Positions 1 to 13,610 of a stretch of 64,000 nucleotides of DNA are shown piece after piece. This stretch comes from an uncultured virus (IMG/VR IMGVR_UViG_3300037400_005412) (lineage: Duplodnaviria > Heunggongvirae > Uroviricota > Caudoviricetes): the IMG/VR virus record IMGVR_UViG_3300037400_005412; one strand, given 5' to 3'. The stretch's first letter is position 1. Every line of letters begins with the position of its first letter. The translations under genes and the position numbers were made by a program. The notes under the pieces are model-generated. The model made no database searches. It had not been told where the DNA came from and saw only the letters and a list, made by a program, of their open reading frames with translations.

Positions 1-3000
1 AACTATCATATCCTAATCCACTACCTAAAATATTTAATGTAGAAATTGAAGTATTACCTTCTCCTTCAAACATACCTTGTAAATATAAGCCAGGTTCAGC
101 GACTAAATCTCCTTCAAGATTTAATTCTGGATAATGATATTCAGTAATTAAATTCTTTAATAAACGAGCTTCTGTTAATTTTAATGAAGTTAAACCAGAA
201 GGTAAGTATAAAGTATTTAACGCAACACCTTCAGCAAATTTAATTTCACTGTAATTTGAACCAGTAGCACGGAAATTTTCAAGTTTTTCACAACTTGTTA
301 AATCAAGAACAGCAGAACCTTGACTTAATTGAACATTACTTATATTCATATATTTAAGTAATGGTAAACCACCAGTAATTGAATCTTTAGAAGCACCAAA
401 ACTTGGATTATTTACATTATTATTAGCATAGTTAATTTTTTGTCCTGGATGTTCAGGATCATCCATTTGTCCATCATAACCAAATTTTAAGCTAGTTAAT
501 TTAGCAGCAGAACCTTCAATAGAAAATTCTTGCCAATATAATTTACTCATATCGCCTAAATCACTCATATGGTTAACACCATAAATATAAAGCAATTGTT
601 CTGGATAATTTTGGCTAGTACGTACACCACTTTCAATAGCAGAAACTTCAAATTTTAATGGATGAATGCCATCATATTTCTATGAAGGATATGCCTCATT
701 ATCGTCTCCAAGAGTAACATAAGAAGAATGAGTTGGAGTTAATGTTAACCAATATTCAGCATCAAATAAATGACGTTTTGAACCATCAGCTAAATAATAA
801 CTAGTATCTGGATCATTAATATTTTCAACCCATTTATCAGAAGTCTTTGAAGCATTATTAGCGGCAACACGCCCTCTAATACGGTTAAATCCACCTCTTT
901 GATAGTTACCTTGATTTAACCAGCTATCAATGTACTCAATACGATTTGTTAAGAATTGACGTCTAGCTAAAGATCTATTGCCTTGAAGCATATAGAAATA
1001 AGTACCATCATCAACAGCAAAGTTACCTTGATCATCGCTAGATAAATGACCAATTAATCCATTTTCTAATGCTTGCTAATTGCTGCCATTAGTAATAGTA
1101 ATATATTTATAATATTCATCTAAATTTTGAGCAACGATTGGGCGCTTACCTCTCATTACAATTTGTCCGCAAATATTTGGATCGGTATTATACCAACCTT
1201 CAATAAAATCAACAGACTATAATGGAGGATTTTGTAAAGCAGGCCAAACTACTCCGCTAGTGACACCTTTTAAGTGTTTGTACTTAGAAATAATAGCAGA
1301 ACTCTTAAAATATCTATAGAAGTTATTCCAAAGAACGCTATCAGAAGTTGAATAGTTACCGTCTTCAGTAGCATCAACGTTATATTCAAATGAAGGAATA
1401 CCAGTATTGTTAACACCTAATTGAGTATCAATATCATAGAAAATAGGATACCAAATGTATTCGCCACCCTATTCTTGTGGACCCCAAGAAGCCATCATAC
1501 AGTTTTTACCACGAGAGTCATAGCATTCAAATACTTCAGTCATAATAAAGTAAGTTGCCATATACTCAAGGTCAAAATGCTTCTCTAATTCATTAATAAA
1601 CTTATCGCCACGATATTCTTTTGTATCATACTTATATTCTTTGCCTTTGTAAGTAACAGTTATTCCTACCCAATAATTAGTTGGATTAGCAGTAAATTCT
1701 TCTTCTGTTAAATTATCTATTTTAACAGTTGCTTCCCCATTCTATTGAGTACCATCATAAGTATAATAAATTTCATTAGGATCAAATGTATCAGTAGCTT
1801 TACATTGTCTTACAAGTCTATCAACTTTCTTAGTAGCTAATTCTTCATCAATATAATTATTTAATTGATAATAAATTATACTATCATTAAATTCAGGATC
1901 ATTAGCACAGGAAACGTACTCATTATTAATTTTAACATAAAAATTATTTCTATTAGTAGTATTAAATACATGTTCTTCATCAGCAACATGAGCGTCAACG
2001 TAAAAAGAAATATTATTGCTATCAGTTTTTATTTCATAATAAGTTATATTAGGATCCCAACTTAATCCAGTATCCTTTATATATTCATTATTTTGAGAAA
2101 TATAAAAAGTATCAGGTTGCCATAGCTATTTTCCAACTACAATAGGAGTATACTCACCTTGACTAATTACATAATCAGTGCATGTGCTCCAAACCCATTG
2201 ACAAGCTTTTTCCCAATTCTTATATTTATCCCACAAAAATTCAGCACGAGCGTCGAAATTCTTTGATTTATCTTTATCATCAAACAATAAATCTACATTA
2301 TTCTTTTCCATATAAGCCTATGCATCTTCACTACTATATTTATCTGATTCTTTTATTGGATCCATAATATAATCCAAAATATCTGCATCAGCATTATAGC
2401 GATATTCAAATGAATCTGCCACTAATGGAGCAGACCCAACAGAATTTACTTTGTAAGTTTTTTGACCATTTTTAATTTCAAAAGCCTTAAATGTTAAATC
2501 TTTGCGCTTATCTGGATCACGGAAAGAACAATATGTTCTATTATTATTTTCCATTTCCCAACATTCTGCAATCTTAGAAATCTTTTTATTCTTTAAGAAT
2601 TTCTATAAAGGAGAAAATCCAGCGGTTTTATCAGGCTTAAATCCATAAGCTTCATCAGAACCTTTATCAAGAAGCATATTATACATACCAATATATTGAT
2701 AGTATACAGAACCATCTTGTAATAATTTTTTATGGAATGTTAATACTCTAAAGCCACCAACAGAAGTTCTATAAGATTCTGTATTAAGAATATCCTTTTC
2801 AGAATATCCAGGAACTTTTAATAACCAATGCCCGGCATACTCTCCAGAAGTCGCATATTTATTAGCAGGATCATCAGGTCTTTGAGATGCCCATAATTCG
2901 GCAGGAGTCTTATTAAAATCTTCTTCGCTATTAATAACAAGTTCTCCATCAATGCCATCGGCTGCTTTCTATTTTCCTTTATGATTTACATAATAATAGG

Positions 3001-6000
3001 TTGCTTTACTATCATAAGTAGTAGCAATCTAAATTTCTGTTTTAGCTGGATCTTCAAATACAAAAGCACCAACATTATTATAATCATCAAGAGGATGTTT
3101 AGAATATCCATTTTTAACTAAATTAGCAAAACCCATATTATAAGTTCCAGAAGATTCCATATAGTCAATCTTCATAGTAAATTTAGTTGTTCCTGCAACA
3201 TAGTTATTCATATACCAATAATCTTGACGAGTCTTTTCTTTTCCAAATTCTACATAAGTAGGATTCTTAATATAATATTTATTACGAAAATAAGTTACTG
3301 TACTGCCTAAACCTTCAACAATATTTTTTCCTTCAGCATCTTCATAATAAGTCTAATTAGCATCAAAATTACCAGAACTTAAAATATAAGGATCTTGTGT
3401 TAAACCAATTTGATCTGCTTCATAATCAGCAGCAAATGGACCACGATTTAAGAAAATATGGACTCTACTCTTTCCATCACTATCATAATCAGTTTTAGTT
3501 TTTAATTTATAATTACGACGTGGATAAAATTCAGAAGAAGTTCCTTGTACAGCCATATTAACTCCAGCAGTTGCTTTCCAAGAAGGGCAATGGTATTTAT
3601 AATAAGTTTTTACAGCTTCAGCTTTCTTCTCTTGGCTGTCTCCATCTTTCCAAAGGCCATCTTCTTTTGCTAATGTCTCTAATTCACCAGAAGTATAAGC
3701 TAATTCCAATGGAACATTAACAAATTCTACTCCAATGTTACGTTTTACTGCTTTTGAATAAGATAACTTCTACTAAGTTTTTGGATATGTTTGTGTAGTA
3801 TCAAAAACTATATAAGGCATTAAAGGAGCATTTGGATGACTCATATTATAATTAAGCATTTCATTATAATCAAAATAATATTCATTAATAACATCATTAG
3901 ATTTTGCTAATTTATTTTGGTCATAAATATCTACATTTTCGAAGTCAGCAGCATAATTCATAACGATATCATTTACATTAAGAGCAGTATTATAGACACG
4001 AATTTTATATAAATCAATGTCGCAAGCGTCACTATTAAATTCAATAGAATCTGCTTCAATAGAAAAAGCTCCAGCTGTATTTCTAATAACACTAGTTAAT
4101 GAACCATTAATATATATCATAATAATTTTTTGAGCATTTGTCTATCCATGCTAATAGACAATAGATACAGAAACAATTTCATCTTCAACATAAGAAGCAC
4201 TAACAGTATCTCGTCCATTAGAGAAGAACATATCTTGTGGGCCTAAGCACATACCTTTTACTTCAGCAGTATTACCAGTATAATAACCACAAAATACATT
4301 GCTCAAATCAATTTGTTTCTAAATACGATTAAAAGTTAAATCATCATATTCGAGTAATTTAGGAGTTGAACTTCCTTCTTCAACAATAGTAAAAGGAGTC
4401 TCTAATGTTGGGTTAATTTCTTTTAAATACCATGCTAAGAAAGAATCATAGTTAGTATATTTAGTTAAATATGTATGATTTTCTTCATCATAGAATCTAC
4501 TAAATAATTCATCATCATTATTATAACGAGTAATGTTATGAATTAAATTAGAATAATTCTAAATATTTCTAATTTTAAACTATAATTCAATAGTATGAGT
4601 AATTTCTGTATCAGTTCCATTCTCTGCGGCAAAACGCATTTTTCCAATAGGAATTGATAATCTAGCGCCATTACTAATTCTTAAACAAGTTTTATTATCT
4701 GTGCCACGAATCCAACCATTATTATACCAGTTAAAATTTGACAATTTGGCAGCAATTGATTTAGTATCAGATTGTTTATATATTAATGTTTGACGTTTAA
4801 TTTCAGATTCATTATTTGAACGACCACTACCAACGGTATTTAACATATAAATTAAATCGCCAGTCTTTTGAATACCAAAATCCATACGATTAGGGTCTTG
4901 AGATATAGTAATCTCAATATCTCTAGATACCTCGTTATCTCCTTCTCCGCAGGTAATGCTATAACGATTTAATACATTAATTTCTGCATCAGCTATTTCA
5001 AAATAAGAAAATTTAGTATTATCAGTAATAATTTGAGGAGAATTATCTAATTCTTTATTATCTTTTTTGAAATGGACCGTAGCAGAGGCTGGACTATTAG
5101 GATCGAAAACTCTAAAAGGAATTTGAATGATATCATAATTAAAATAATTAGATTGATACTCTCCTAACCAAATTATTGGTTTAAGATTTCCGCTTTCTCT
5201 AATAGCAATTTCAAAATGTAAAGGTGCTACTTCAATGCCCTTTTTCCCATTTACAGATTGGAAAAGTCTAATCCAAACTTTATGACTTCCATGAGATAAA
5301 TTAACTTTATTCCCACCAACTGTTAGAACATTAACAGTGCGGTTTTCTGAATCATTTTCTTTTAAATTTTCTACATAAATAGGCGTATCAGGATCATCAA
5401 AATAGTATTCTACAATTTTATTCATACTACCAACAGCATTACAACGTAAAGTTACAGCATTGGCATCAAAAGTATTCAAATTAGAAAAATTAGAATCAGG
5501 AGTTAATTCTAATTTAGAAGTTGTAAAAATAATATTACGTGAAATACTTCCATCCGCGTTCTACTAACTTGCTGTTAAGGTTAAGCGAGAAGAAGAAGAA
5601 AGTCTAGCAATTTCTCCAAATTCAAATTCACTACGAACTCCGCTTTGGAACTATTCACTACCAGTTTTATAAGTAGTATAATTAATACCATCTTCTGTAT
5701 ATGCTAAAGTATATGTAATAGTAATTATAGAATCAATTTCATTTCCTTTAGCATTTTTCGCTGAAGTAGCTGTAAAATATACTTTAGCAGATTGTCCATT
5801 AATTAAATTGACAGTAGCTAAAGGCTCTACAATTAAATCAATATCTTCAGCTAAAGTTGCGACTCCTCCTCCATTTCCTGCAATTGTCAAACGAGTAGCT
5901 ATTACAGAAGAAGTTAAAGGAGAAGGATTTATTACTCTATAAAAACTTCCTTCTGAGATATTAATAATAATATCATCTTTAACAGGATAAGAATCACCTT

Positions 6001-6268
6001 CGATATCATCTATTGCAAAAGTAATTTCAGTCTCTAATTTTTCATCATCAGTTAAAGACTTATTGGCATAATATATCCCAGAATTCCCAGCTCCGCCAGT
6101 TGTACCTCCTACTGCGGCACGGGCTATTTGATTTCCATCTGAATCAATATAGTCTAAATATATTCTACCAGTATCTGTTGCGAAATAGAGATATCCATCA
6201 TTGAAACCTAGTGCATTAATTTTATCTTCTGTTCCACGCACAGGCACAAATCTTTTATTATTACCCAT
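1..6268 (-). CDS. Giant tail-associated protein with LamG/ConA-like, CotH-kinase-like and leucine-rich-repeat regions (TAG=Gln; 3' end runs off window)
   Basis: ORF fragments ending at 5651, 4580, 3773, 3353, 3029, 2318, 2126 and 680 share one frame and end in TAG. Motifs: IYINGSL...IDLYKIRVYNTALN (LamG-like); QGTSSEFYPRRNYKLK, FTMKIDYMESSG, YIGMYNMLLDKGS, YDSRGKNCMMASWG, WYPIFYDIDTQLGVNNTG (CotH-like); LDLTSCEKLENFRATGS, LNTLYLPSGLTSLKL (LRR-like). RBS AGAAAGGAG upstream. Confidence 0.8.
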
Positions 6269-6311
6269 AAATAGAGTATCTCCTTTCTATCTAAAAATTA
6301 TTTTTAATTCA

Positions 6312-6347
6312 TAAAAAAAATTGGGAGAGGATTTCCTCTCCCAAATT
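6312..6347 (-). terminator. Intrinsic terminator
   Basis: TTGGGAGAGG/CCTCTCCCAA stem followed by a T-run on the minus strand. Confidence 0.75.
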
Positions 6348-6395
6348 CCTCATCATAATTGAAAAATTACAATGATATTTTATTTAAATTTGTCC

Positions 6396-8102
6396 TTAGA
6401 ATTTATCCCATTCTAAATCAATATTAATTCTATTAGAAGTAGTACTATCTTGGCTAATCTTTAAGCTCGTAGAATGCAAATTAAAAATTGATCCTGTTGT
6501 GTCAGTCTCATTACTATCTCTTAATTTAATAGATAAATTTACGCCATTACTACCATCATTATCAGTTGTATTAGCTGCTGCATTTATTACATCATAAGTT
6601 ACTGGAGTAAATTCATCAGTAGTAACGGATGTTATGTGACCATCATTATCAGTCTCTAATGCTTTAATAGCAGTAAAACTAGTTGTCCAGTGTGATTTAT
6701 GATTATCGTCTAGTGTTATCGTACTAGTTGAAATTGGAGCATGGGTAATAGTCGTTATTAAAGTATTATTATTATTCTAATCAATCGCAGAACCTAGAGT
6801 AATATTATTACCAGCTTTTAATTGCAATTTACTAATAATTGTTTGATTCTAATTTTTGATTGCAATACTATTATTAGTCGTATCAAGGACTGCGCTGTAA
6901 GTATATTCAGCAGCACTATCATTACCAGAAGGTATATAGGTCCAAGTTAAATCATTCCCAATAACACCATTAGTTTCTGTGCCTTTGGCAATAAACATAT
7001 CGCCAATACGAGTACCTTTATCTAATTCTACCTTAGTAGCTGTTTCAAAAGTTGCTCCAGTGAAATCAGCACTAGTTAAATTATTTGAAATAATAATATA
7101 TGTATCGCCATTCTTAACATTAGTTGTTGGTAATCCATTTGTATTTGTTGCACCGCTTGAGCTATTACCAACGGTGCCCTTATAGGTCATACCATCTAAG
7201 CCTTTTAATAAATTATCAATTTGTGTTTTACTGTATAAAGGGCTAGTTGAAGCTAAACCGGTACTATTTAAAAGAGCATAAGAACCATCATTTAAAACAA
7301 TACCAATATTATTAAGAGTTGCTGATTTGCTATTACCACCAGAATCAGTCACACCAATAGTTACTGTACCATCGCTAGCACTAGCCTCAACTTTAGCAGT
7401 TCCAGCTAAATTTGTATCAATAGATTTAAGTTTTATTTTTTTTCCAGATTGATCTAAATCTAAAGTTAAAGTATTTAAATCTCCAGACTCTAAAATTAAA
7501 GTAGAATTATGTGCTGCTACTCCATCAGAGTCAGTTAAAGTAACAGTAGCAGTTTTTTTATCATTACTTACAGTTGGAGCACTTAAAGAATAACTATCTC
7601 CAGTAATTTTAATATTTCCATTAGCGTCAACGCTAACATGAGCAGTTCCTTCTCCAGTAAAATGTACGCTATCTGATTTTTCAGTATCGTTACTATCAGT
7701 AGAAGTAACAGTCATTGTTACATCATTGGTAGTAGAACTACTTGCACTTACGTCAATACTTTTGGTTGTAGTATTTGTATCTGGATTAATCTATACCCAT
7801 CCACCATTTTTATTTTTATCAACACCAGTATAAACTGCTAAAACATTATCATCTGTGATATAATAAAAATCATTAATATGAGCATCTTTATTTGTCCAAT
7901 TATTAGCCATAGTTGTTAATTCAGTTAAGGAGCCAATAATTTGAACAGTTTGATTTAATAATTTTCTTTCAACAGTATTTGAACCACTAACAGGTTGACC
8001 AACATATAAACGATTTGTATCTGTAGTTAAATAAAATACGCCATCTTCAACAACAGCTGGCAAATTGGCCTAAAGACCTCTTTTAAATTTTATATTAGCC
8101 AT
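6396..8102 (-). CDS. Tail fibre/spike-like structural protein (TAG=Gln)
   Basis: Starts MANIKFKRGL(TAG)ANLPAVVEDGVFYLTTDTNRLYVG, joins fragments 7791-8063 and 6849-7715 in frame, ends IDLEWDKF-TAA. Thr/Ser/Gly-rich. Confidence 0.75.
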
Positions 8103-8124
8103 AATTCATTTATTCCTTTCTTTA

Positions 8125-9084
8125 TTAAGATGTAATTTCTTGCCAAATTAATCTCGAATATATATCTTCAAAAGTATCAGAGATACTAGCAGTAGAATAA
8201 TCTAAATTATTATAATTATTAAGTTGTGATAAATTTCCTACTGTATTATTAAATGTTACTTTTGTAACATATGTATCCATAAAATTACTATTAGCATTTT
8301 CTAAGGCAGTAAGTCTTGGATTTATAGTATTTATAGCATTATTAAAATCTACATTAGTGACATAATTATCTAAATTAATACCATAAGTTCCAATTTTCTC
8401 AAGATTTCCATTAATAAACATATATTCGTCATACATGCTTGAAGTATCTTCAGAACCATTAGGATATAAATATATAGTATTAGTTTCAGTAGCTTCGGCT
8501 AAATCTGAAATAACAGTATAAGTTAAATGATTACTTCCTGAAATTGCATTAGCAATTTTATTATCAATGTTTTGAAAATCAAGTTTTAATTGTGAAACTT
8601 CAGTTTCTAAATTACCAACTGAAGTTGTTAAATCTGGAGGTAGAGATACCCATTTTAAATTATTGTTTTCCTTAACTGGCACCATTCCAGTTGAAGCAGC
8701 ATTAAATCCTTTTAATTCTAATTGCCCATTTACATTATTGAAATTAAATTCATTTTCATCAATAGATACAAAATTACCATTTGCTTCAATAATAGTTTGA
8801 GCAACATCAACCGCAGAGACTGGTATCCATTTTCCCTCTGAATTGGCTACTAAGAAGTCTCCCGCATTAACAGAAGTAATTAAAGTATCGGTTAAATCTG
8901 CTAAACTAATATCAGAGCTAGAACCAACATTACTACTAATTAAACGAGTACCTAAATATAATTTACCTTTGGTCTAATCTTCATTATCATAGATGAAATA
9001 TAATGTATTATCATCTTTTTTAACTAAATTCTAATAAGAAGTCATAGATCCACGCTAAAATTTTACATAATTAGGACTTGCCAT
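8125..9084 (-). CDS. Tail fibre-associated protein (TAG=Gln)
   Basis: ATG at 9084 with RBS; MASPNYVKF(TAG)RGS...NTLYFIYD...GKLYLGTRLI in frame with 8125-8685; N-terminus resembles the neighbouring fibre gene. Confidence 0.7.
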
Positions 9085-9151
9085 AGTTATCTCCTTTCCT
9101 TTAAAATTTTTCTTTCAATATTTTTATTTTTTTATTTTAAAAAATTATTTT

Positions 9152-10975
9152 TTATTGACCAGCTTCTTTTGGATCTATCATTGTTATATTGCGCGCTTCT
9201 CCAAATAAAAGTGTTTTATCTATTGTATTTTCTAATTTTATTGTATTATAAATATATTCAATAGATCTCACTGTTTCATAATAATTATCTTCTGGAACTG
9301 TTTCTATTGATAATTGGTTATCACTATATTCAGGATCGCTCCATAACATTCGAGGCTTATGATATATATACCCAAAAGCTTTTGGATCACTTAATATCCA
9401 ATCAGATTGAAGACCAATAGCATTATTATCATTTTGGTCAGCAGTATATACTGGAATTATATAACCTGTTTGATAATCATATGGTTTTAATTGATTAATT
9501 TGCTCATTAGTTAAAATTTTATTATCTTTATTAACAATACAATTAATTCCATCTCCAGTATTTAGATAATTTTGAGCAATTTCTTCAGTAGTATATCCTA
9601 ATAATCTCCATCCTTGCCCATGAGATAAAAATCTTAATTCAGAAATATAAGATTTTAATTCATCAATAGCCCAAGCCATTGAAATATTATCTTCTGGTGT
9701 TAGATTATTATATGGCATTATGCCATCATGATTAAATAAAAAATTATTAGTATAAGGTCGCTCATAGTTTTTATCTTTAGTACCTCTACCATATAAAATA
9801 TCATATAAATCAGAAATAGTATTTCCTATAATAGGTAATTGAATCGAAATCTATTTAGAATTATTTTTTTCAGAAAAGGATAAACTTTTATCGTTTTTAA
9901 TTTTCTAAGTTTTTATATAATATATTTTTGCTGTATCAAAATTATCAGACTAATCGAATATTAATGTATAATTAGGATTTAAAATATTTTTTTCAATAAT
10001 ACTAGGGGACTGCCCTTCTCCATTATAGATATAATATATATTATCCTCAAAATTACTATCTTCATTAAGAGTTATTTTATAATATTTATCTCTAACTGTT
10101 TGCTAATAATAAATTTGATTTTCATCAAACTATTCTGCTTTTTGTAATTTTGCATATTCAGGATTTTCGATAAATTCTTCAATAATATTTGGAATATCTT
10201 CATCATTTTTCAATAAATAATAATACTAATTTTTAATATATGTATTTGGAGTAAGAATAATTTTAGTATAAATATGGTCTGGATATGTTTTTTCCCCTAC
10301 ATGATATTCAATAATATCAATAAGATTTTTACGTCCTTCTGTTTCATCTCTATGAGTATACTTCGGATCAAAACCTTCCTAATTCAAATAAGGATATTGA
10401 ATAATATTTGTATCAGTTATATTACCAGACTCTATATTTATATTTTCCAAATCGACATCTTTTTGATTATTTAAATCAATGCCCCACATCTCTGGGACAT
10501 GGTAATTATAGATAATATCAGAGCTTTCATATGCATCCATATGAGGAGCGTTTTCTCCAGGAGCATCTGGAGTAATTGTTAAAGATGGAGGAGTGGCCTT
10601 TAAATGCCCAACAAGAATATACTTTTCTTTATTATCAGAATAAATTTTCATCCAAATAGTAAGATGATAGTTTTCATGATAATTTTCTAAATCCTGAGCG
10701 CAATTATCTTTAAATATATTATTTTCAGTATATGATGTAATATTTTTGTCATCTACTAAAAAATCATACTAGTTATAAAATTTTGAGTCTTCTATATTAT
10801 ATCCATAATGTATTAGAATATATCTATTAATAAAAACGCCATCTCCTTGGATGGCATTATTTTCATCTTTATCCTACGTTAAAGCTTTTTCCATGGCTGT
10901 TCTACTAGGATAGATTCTATCGAAAATTAAAGAAATTCTCTAATCATTTTTTATATTTCCATAAAAAGATCCCAT
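9152..10975 (-). CDS. Hypothetical tail/baseplate protein (TAG=Gln)
   Basis: MGSFYGNIKND start with GGAGG RBS; fragments 10379-10651 and 9152-9718 share its frame. Confidence 0.7.
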
Positions 10976-10978
10976 ATC

Positions 10979-11362
10979 TTATTCCTCCTAATATACTATA
11001 TCTATAATTAAATATCCATCAGGAGACTTATTAATTAATTCTAAAGACTTCTACTCAAATTTAATATCAACAATTTTAACTGAACTATTAGTTAAATCTA
11101 ATTCATAAATACCACTTGCTCCTACGATAACTGGATCTAAATTTGAATTTATATAAACCTTAACTCCAGGTAAAGTCTAAATTCCTAGCTAAATTATTGG
11201 TTTAGCGGAATCAAAAGCTTCTCCTGACATTAAATCATTACTGTTTAAATTTTCAGGCTAATTTTGGTCCATCTAATGATACACTAATGATTCTTGGTCT
11301 GAAGAATTAAAATTTAAATTTGCATCTCCAAAAAATCTAAACTATTTTACTTTTTTTATCAT
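10979..11362 (-). CDS. Small baseplate-region protein (TAG=Gln)
   Basis: MIKKVK(TAG)FRFFG...LGI(TAG)TLPGVKVYIN...IVGASGIYELDL...TAA; invisible under the standard code. Confidence 0.7.
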
Positions 11363-11387
11363 TATTCTCCTTTGCCTCCTTTAATTA

Positions 11388-13610
11388 TTAAAATAATCTA
11401 GTTGGAGCCTTTGTAGCCATAATCTACATTGTTCCATTATAATTTAAAGTAATAACAGTCTTATTTACAATATATTCTCCATTAATTTTTGTTTTTTCAT
11501 CATAAACGCTAATTCTTGTGTTTGGCTCTAGATGATAAATTGGAATTGTATTAATTTGAATGGATTCTGTACAATAAGAATGCTAATATAATAGATTATC
11601 TAATTCATCTTGAGTACTTTTCTATTTACGAGTAGCATCAAAATATTCTTCTAAACTTTCTGGTAAAATTATATATGTATATCCATCTTTTAATAAATTG
11701 TTATTTTTTAATTCTCTATATTCATTAAAAGTAGTATAAATTAATGTCGGGATTTCTCCATAGTATATGGCTCTTATTTTATCATTATTAACTACCTTAG
11801 GCCGATTTCCAATAGCTTTAACAGAATACTTATTTAATTCGCTAGTTTTTCCATCAATAAAATCAAACCAAAAAACTAATGAACTAGGATTATTTATTAC
11901 ATCTCTATTCCAGTATCTTCTTTTCTCAAAATCAGATAATGTTTCATTATCTCCTTTTTCTAAAAAAAATTTGCTATTATCTTTACTCTATGGATTGTAG
12001 ATTGTCCTCCAAAAACCTAACATATCTTCATAATAAGATTCATACCCTGTCTTTCCAAAAGGATAAGATGGATTATTTTTATGCAAAACTACTTCATAAT
12101 CATCATCATGATTATGATTATAATAATCTTGCGCCATTTGATAAATTAATTCTCTCCAATCCCATTTATCACTATTATATTCTATTCCATCAAATGAAAT
12201 ATATTTATCTGGTTTTTCATCAATGGCGCAACGTAAGTGAATAGCGTTTTCTTTACTATTTAATTTGGCTTTTCTTTTTCCCCATATCGCAAAATCATTT
12301 TTTACATTTGCTAAATTAGGACTATTATTAAAAGTTGTTAATATTTGATTACCTATAAAACTATAAGAAAACTATGATATTAACTTATCTGATTCTACAT
12401 AAGTAGTACTTTCTAATTCATTATTACTTTTATTTAATTCAAATGTTTCTAATAAATTATTCCAATGCGTATTTATGTAAGTAATCTTTTTCTAAAAGAT
12501 AAATCTTCCTTCAACATCATAAAAATATTCATATTCATTATCAAATACATCGCATATAGCATCTAATGCCTAGGTTACTGTTTGTCCAGCATTGATAATA
12601 AGTTCTCCGCCTTCAGAAGGATAGGTCCAATCTGTTGTTCTATATCCAACAATAGAACCATATGAACATTTTACTATAGTATAATACGTCATATCTAAAA
12701 TATTATCTGTATTTTTTATTAATTTTGCCGTAGTAGAAATATAATCACTTGCTAATGTGTCTAACTCATATTCTGTTAATTCAGATAATTTTATTGGATT
12801 GTTATATCTGTCATAACGAATGATGTCTCCATCAAATAAAACATTTTCAAAAAGTCCAGTTTTTACATTTTTAAATAAATAAATATCATTTTCTCCATTA
12901 TAATCTAACATAATTAATCCATTGTCATCTAAATCATTAACAATAATATTATGCATTGGTTCATTTCCGTATTTATGAATTAATTCAGTAATAATTTGTT
13001 TAATTGTCAAAGGAGTTTCAGTTCTATTAGTAATATTCATTTCTTCATCGTACTCTAATATCTCTTCAGTGCCAACGTCAATTGTATGCATAAATACTCC
13101 ACTAATATCACCATTTAATAAAGACATTTTATCTTTTCCAGAGATATAAATATTATCTGTGCCGTTGGTATTAATAATATATTTAAAACTAGTGATTAAA
13201 AATATCCCTTGTTTAAACCATATAATATCAGGATAATCTTTATACGTTAATGCAGGCTCTGAATTAATTAAAATCTAACCAGTTGTAGGATCAACAGAAA
13301 TATCAGCATAGGCAGAGTATTTTTCTCGCATATCTTTTGTTAATTTTAAACCTATTAATAATTTAAATTTAGTTGCAAAACTCCAATAATATTCATTAAT
13401 ATTTAATCTATTCGCTACTAATGATAATGAGCAAGTCCTGCGAACTCTAGAGGACCCATCTATACTAAGGGTCCCCTAGGTCACTGTTCCAGTAATTTCT
13501 TCAACTGGTAATTCATCAGAAGTTAAACTAATAATTTTGGCATATATCTCTCTTTGATTATTTTTATCTAATTCATTTAAAAGTTGTTTATTTAATAAAG
13601 GATTTTTCAT
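11388..13610 (-). CDS. Baseplate hub / tail-tip-like protein (TAG=Gln)
   Basis: MKNPLLNKQ...ITGTVT(TAG)GTLSIDGSSRVRRTCSLSL; in frame with 12570-13127; ends KAPTRLF-TAA; ATGA overlap with upstream gene. Confidence 0.7.

Noticed and set aside
1..11000. Diversity-generating retroelement acting on tail fibres
   Set aside because: No reverse transcriptase or template/variable repeat pair seen in this window
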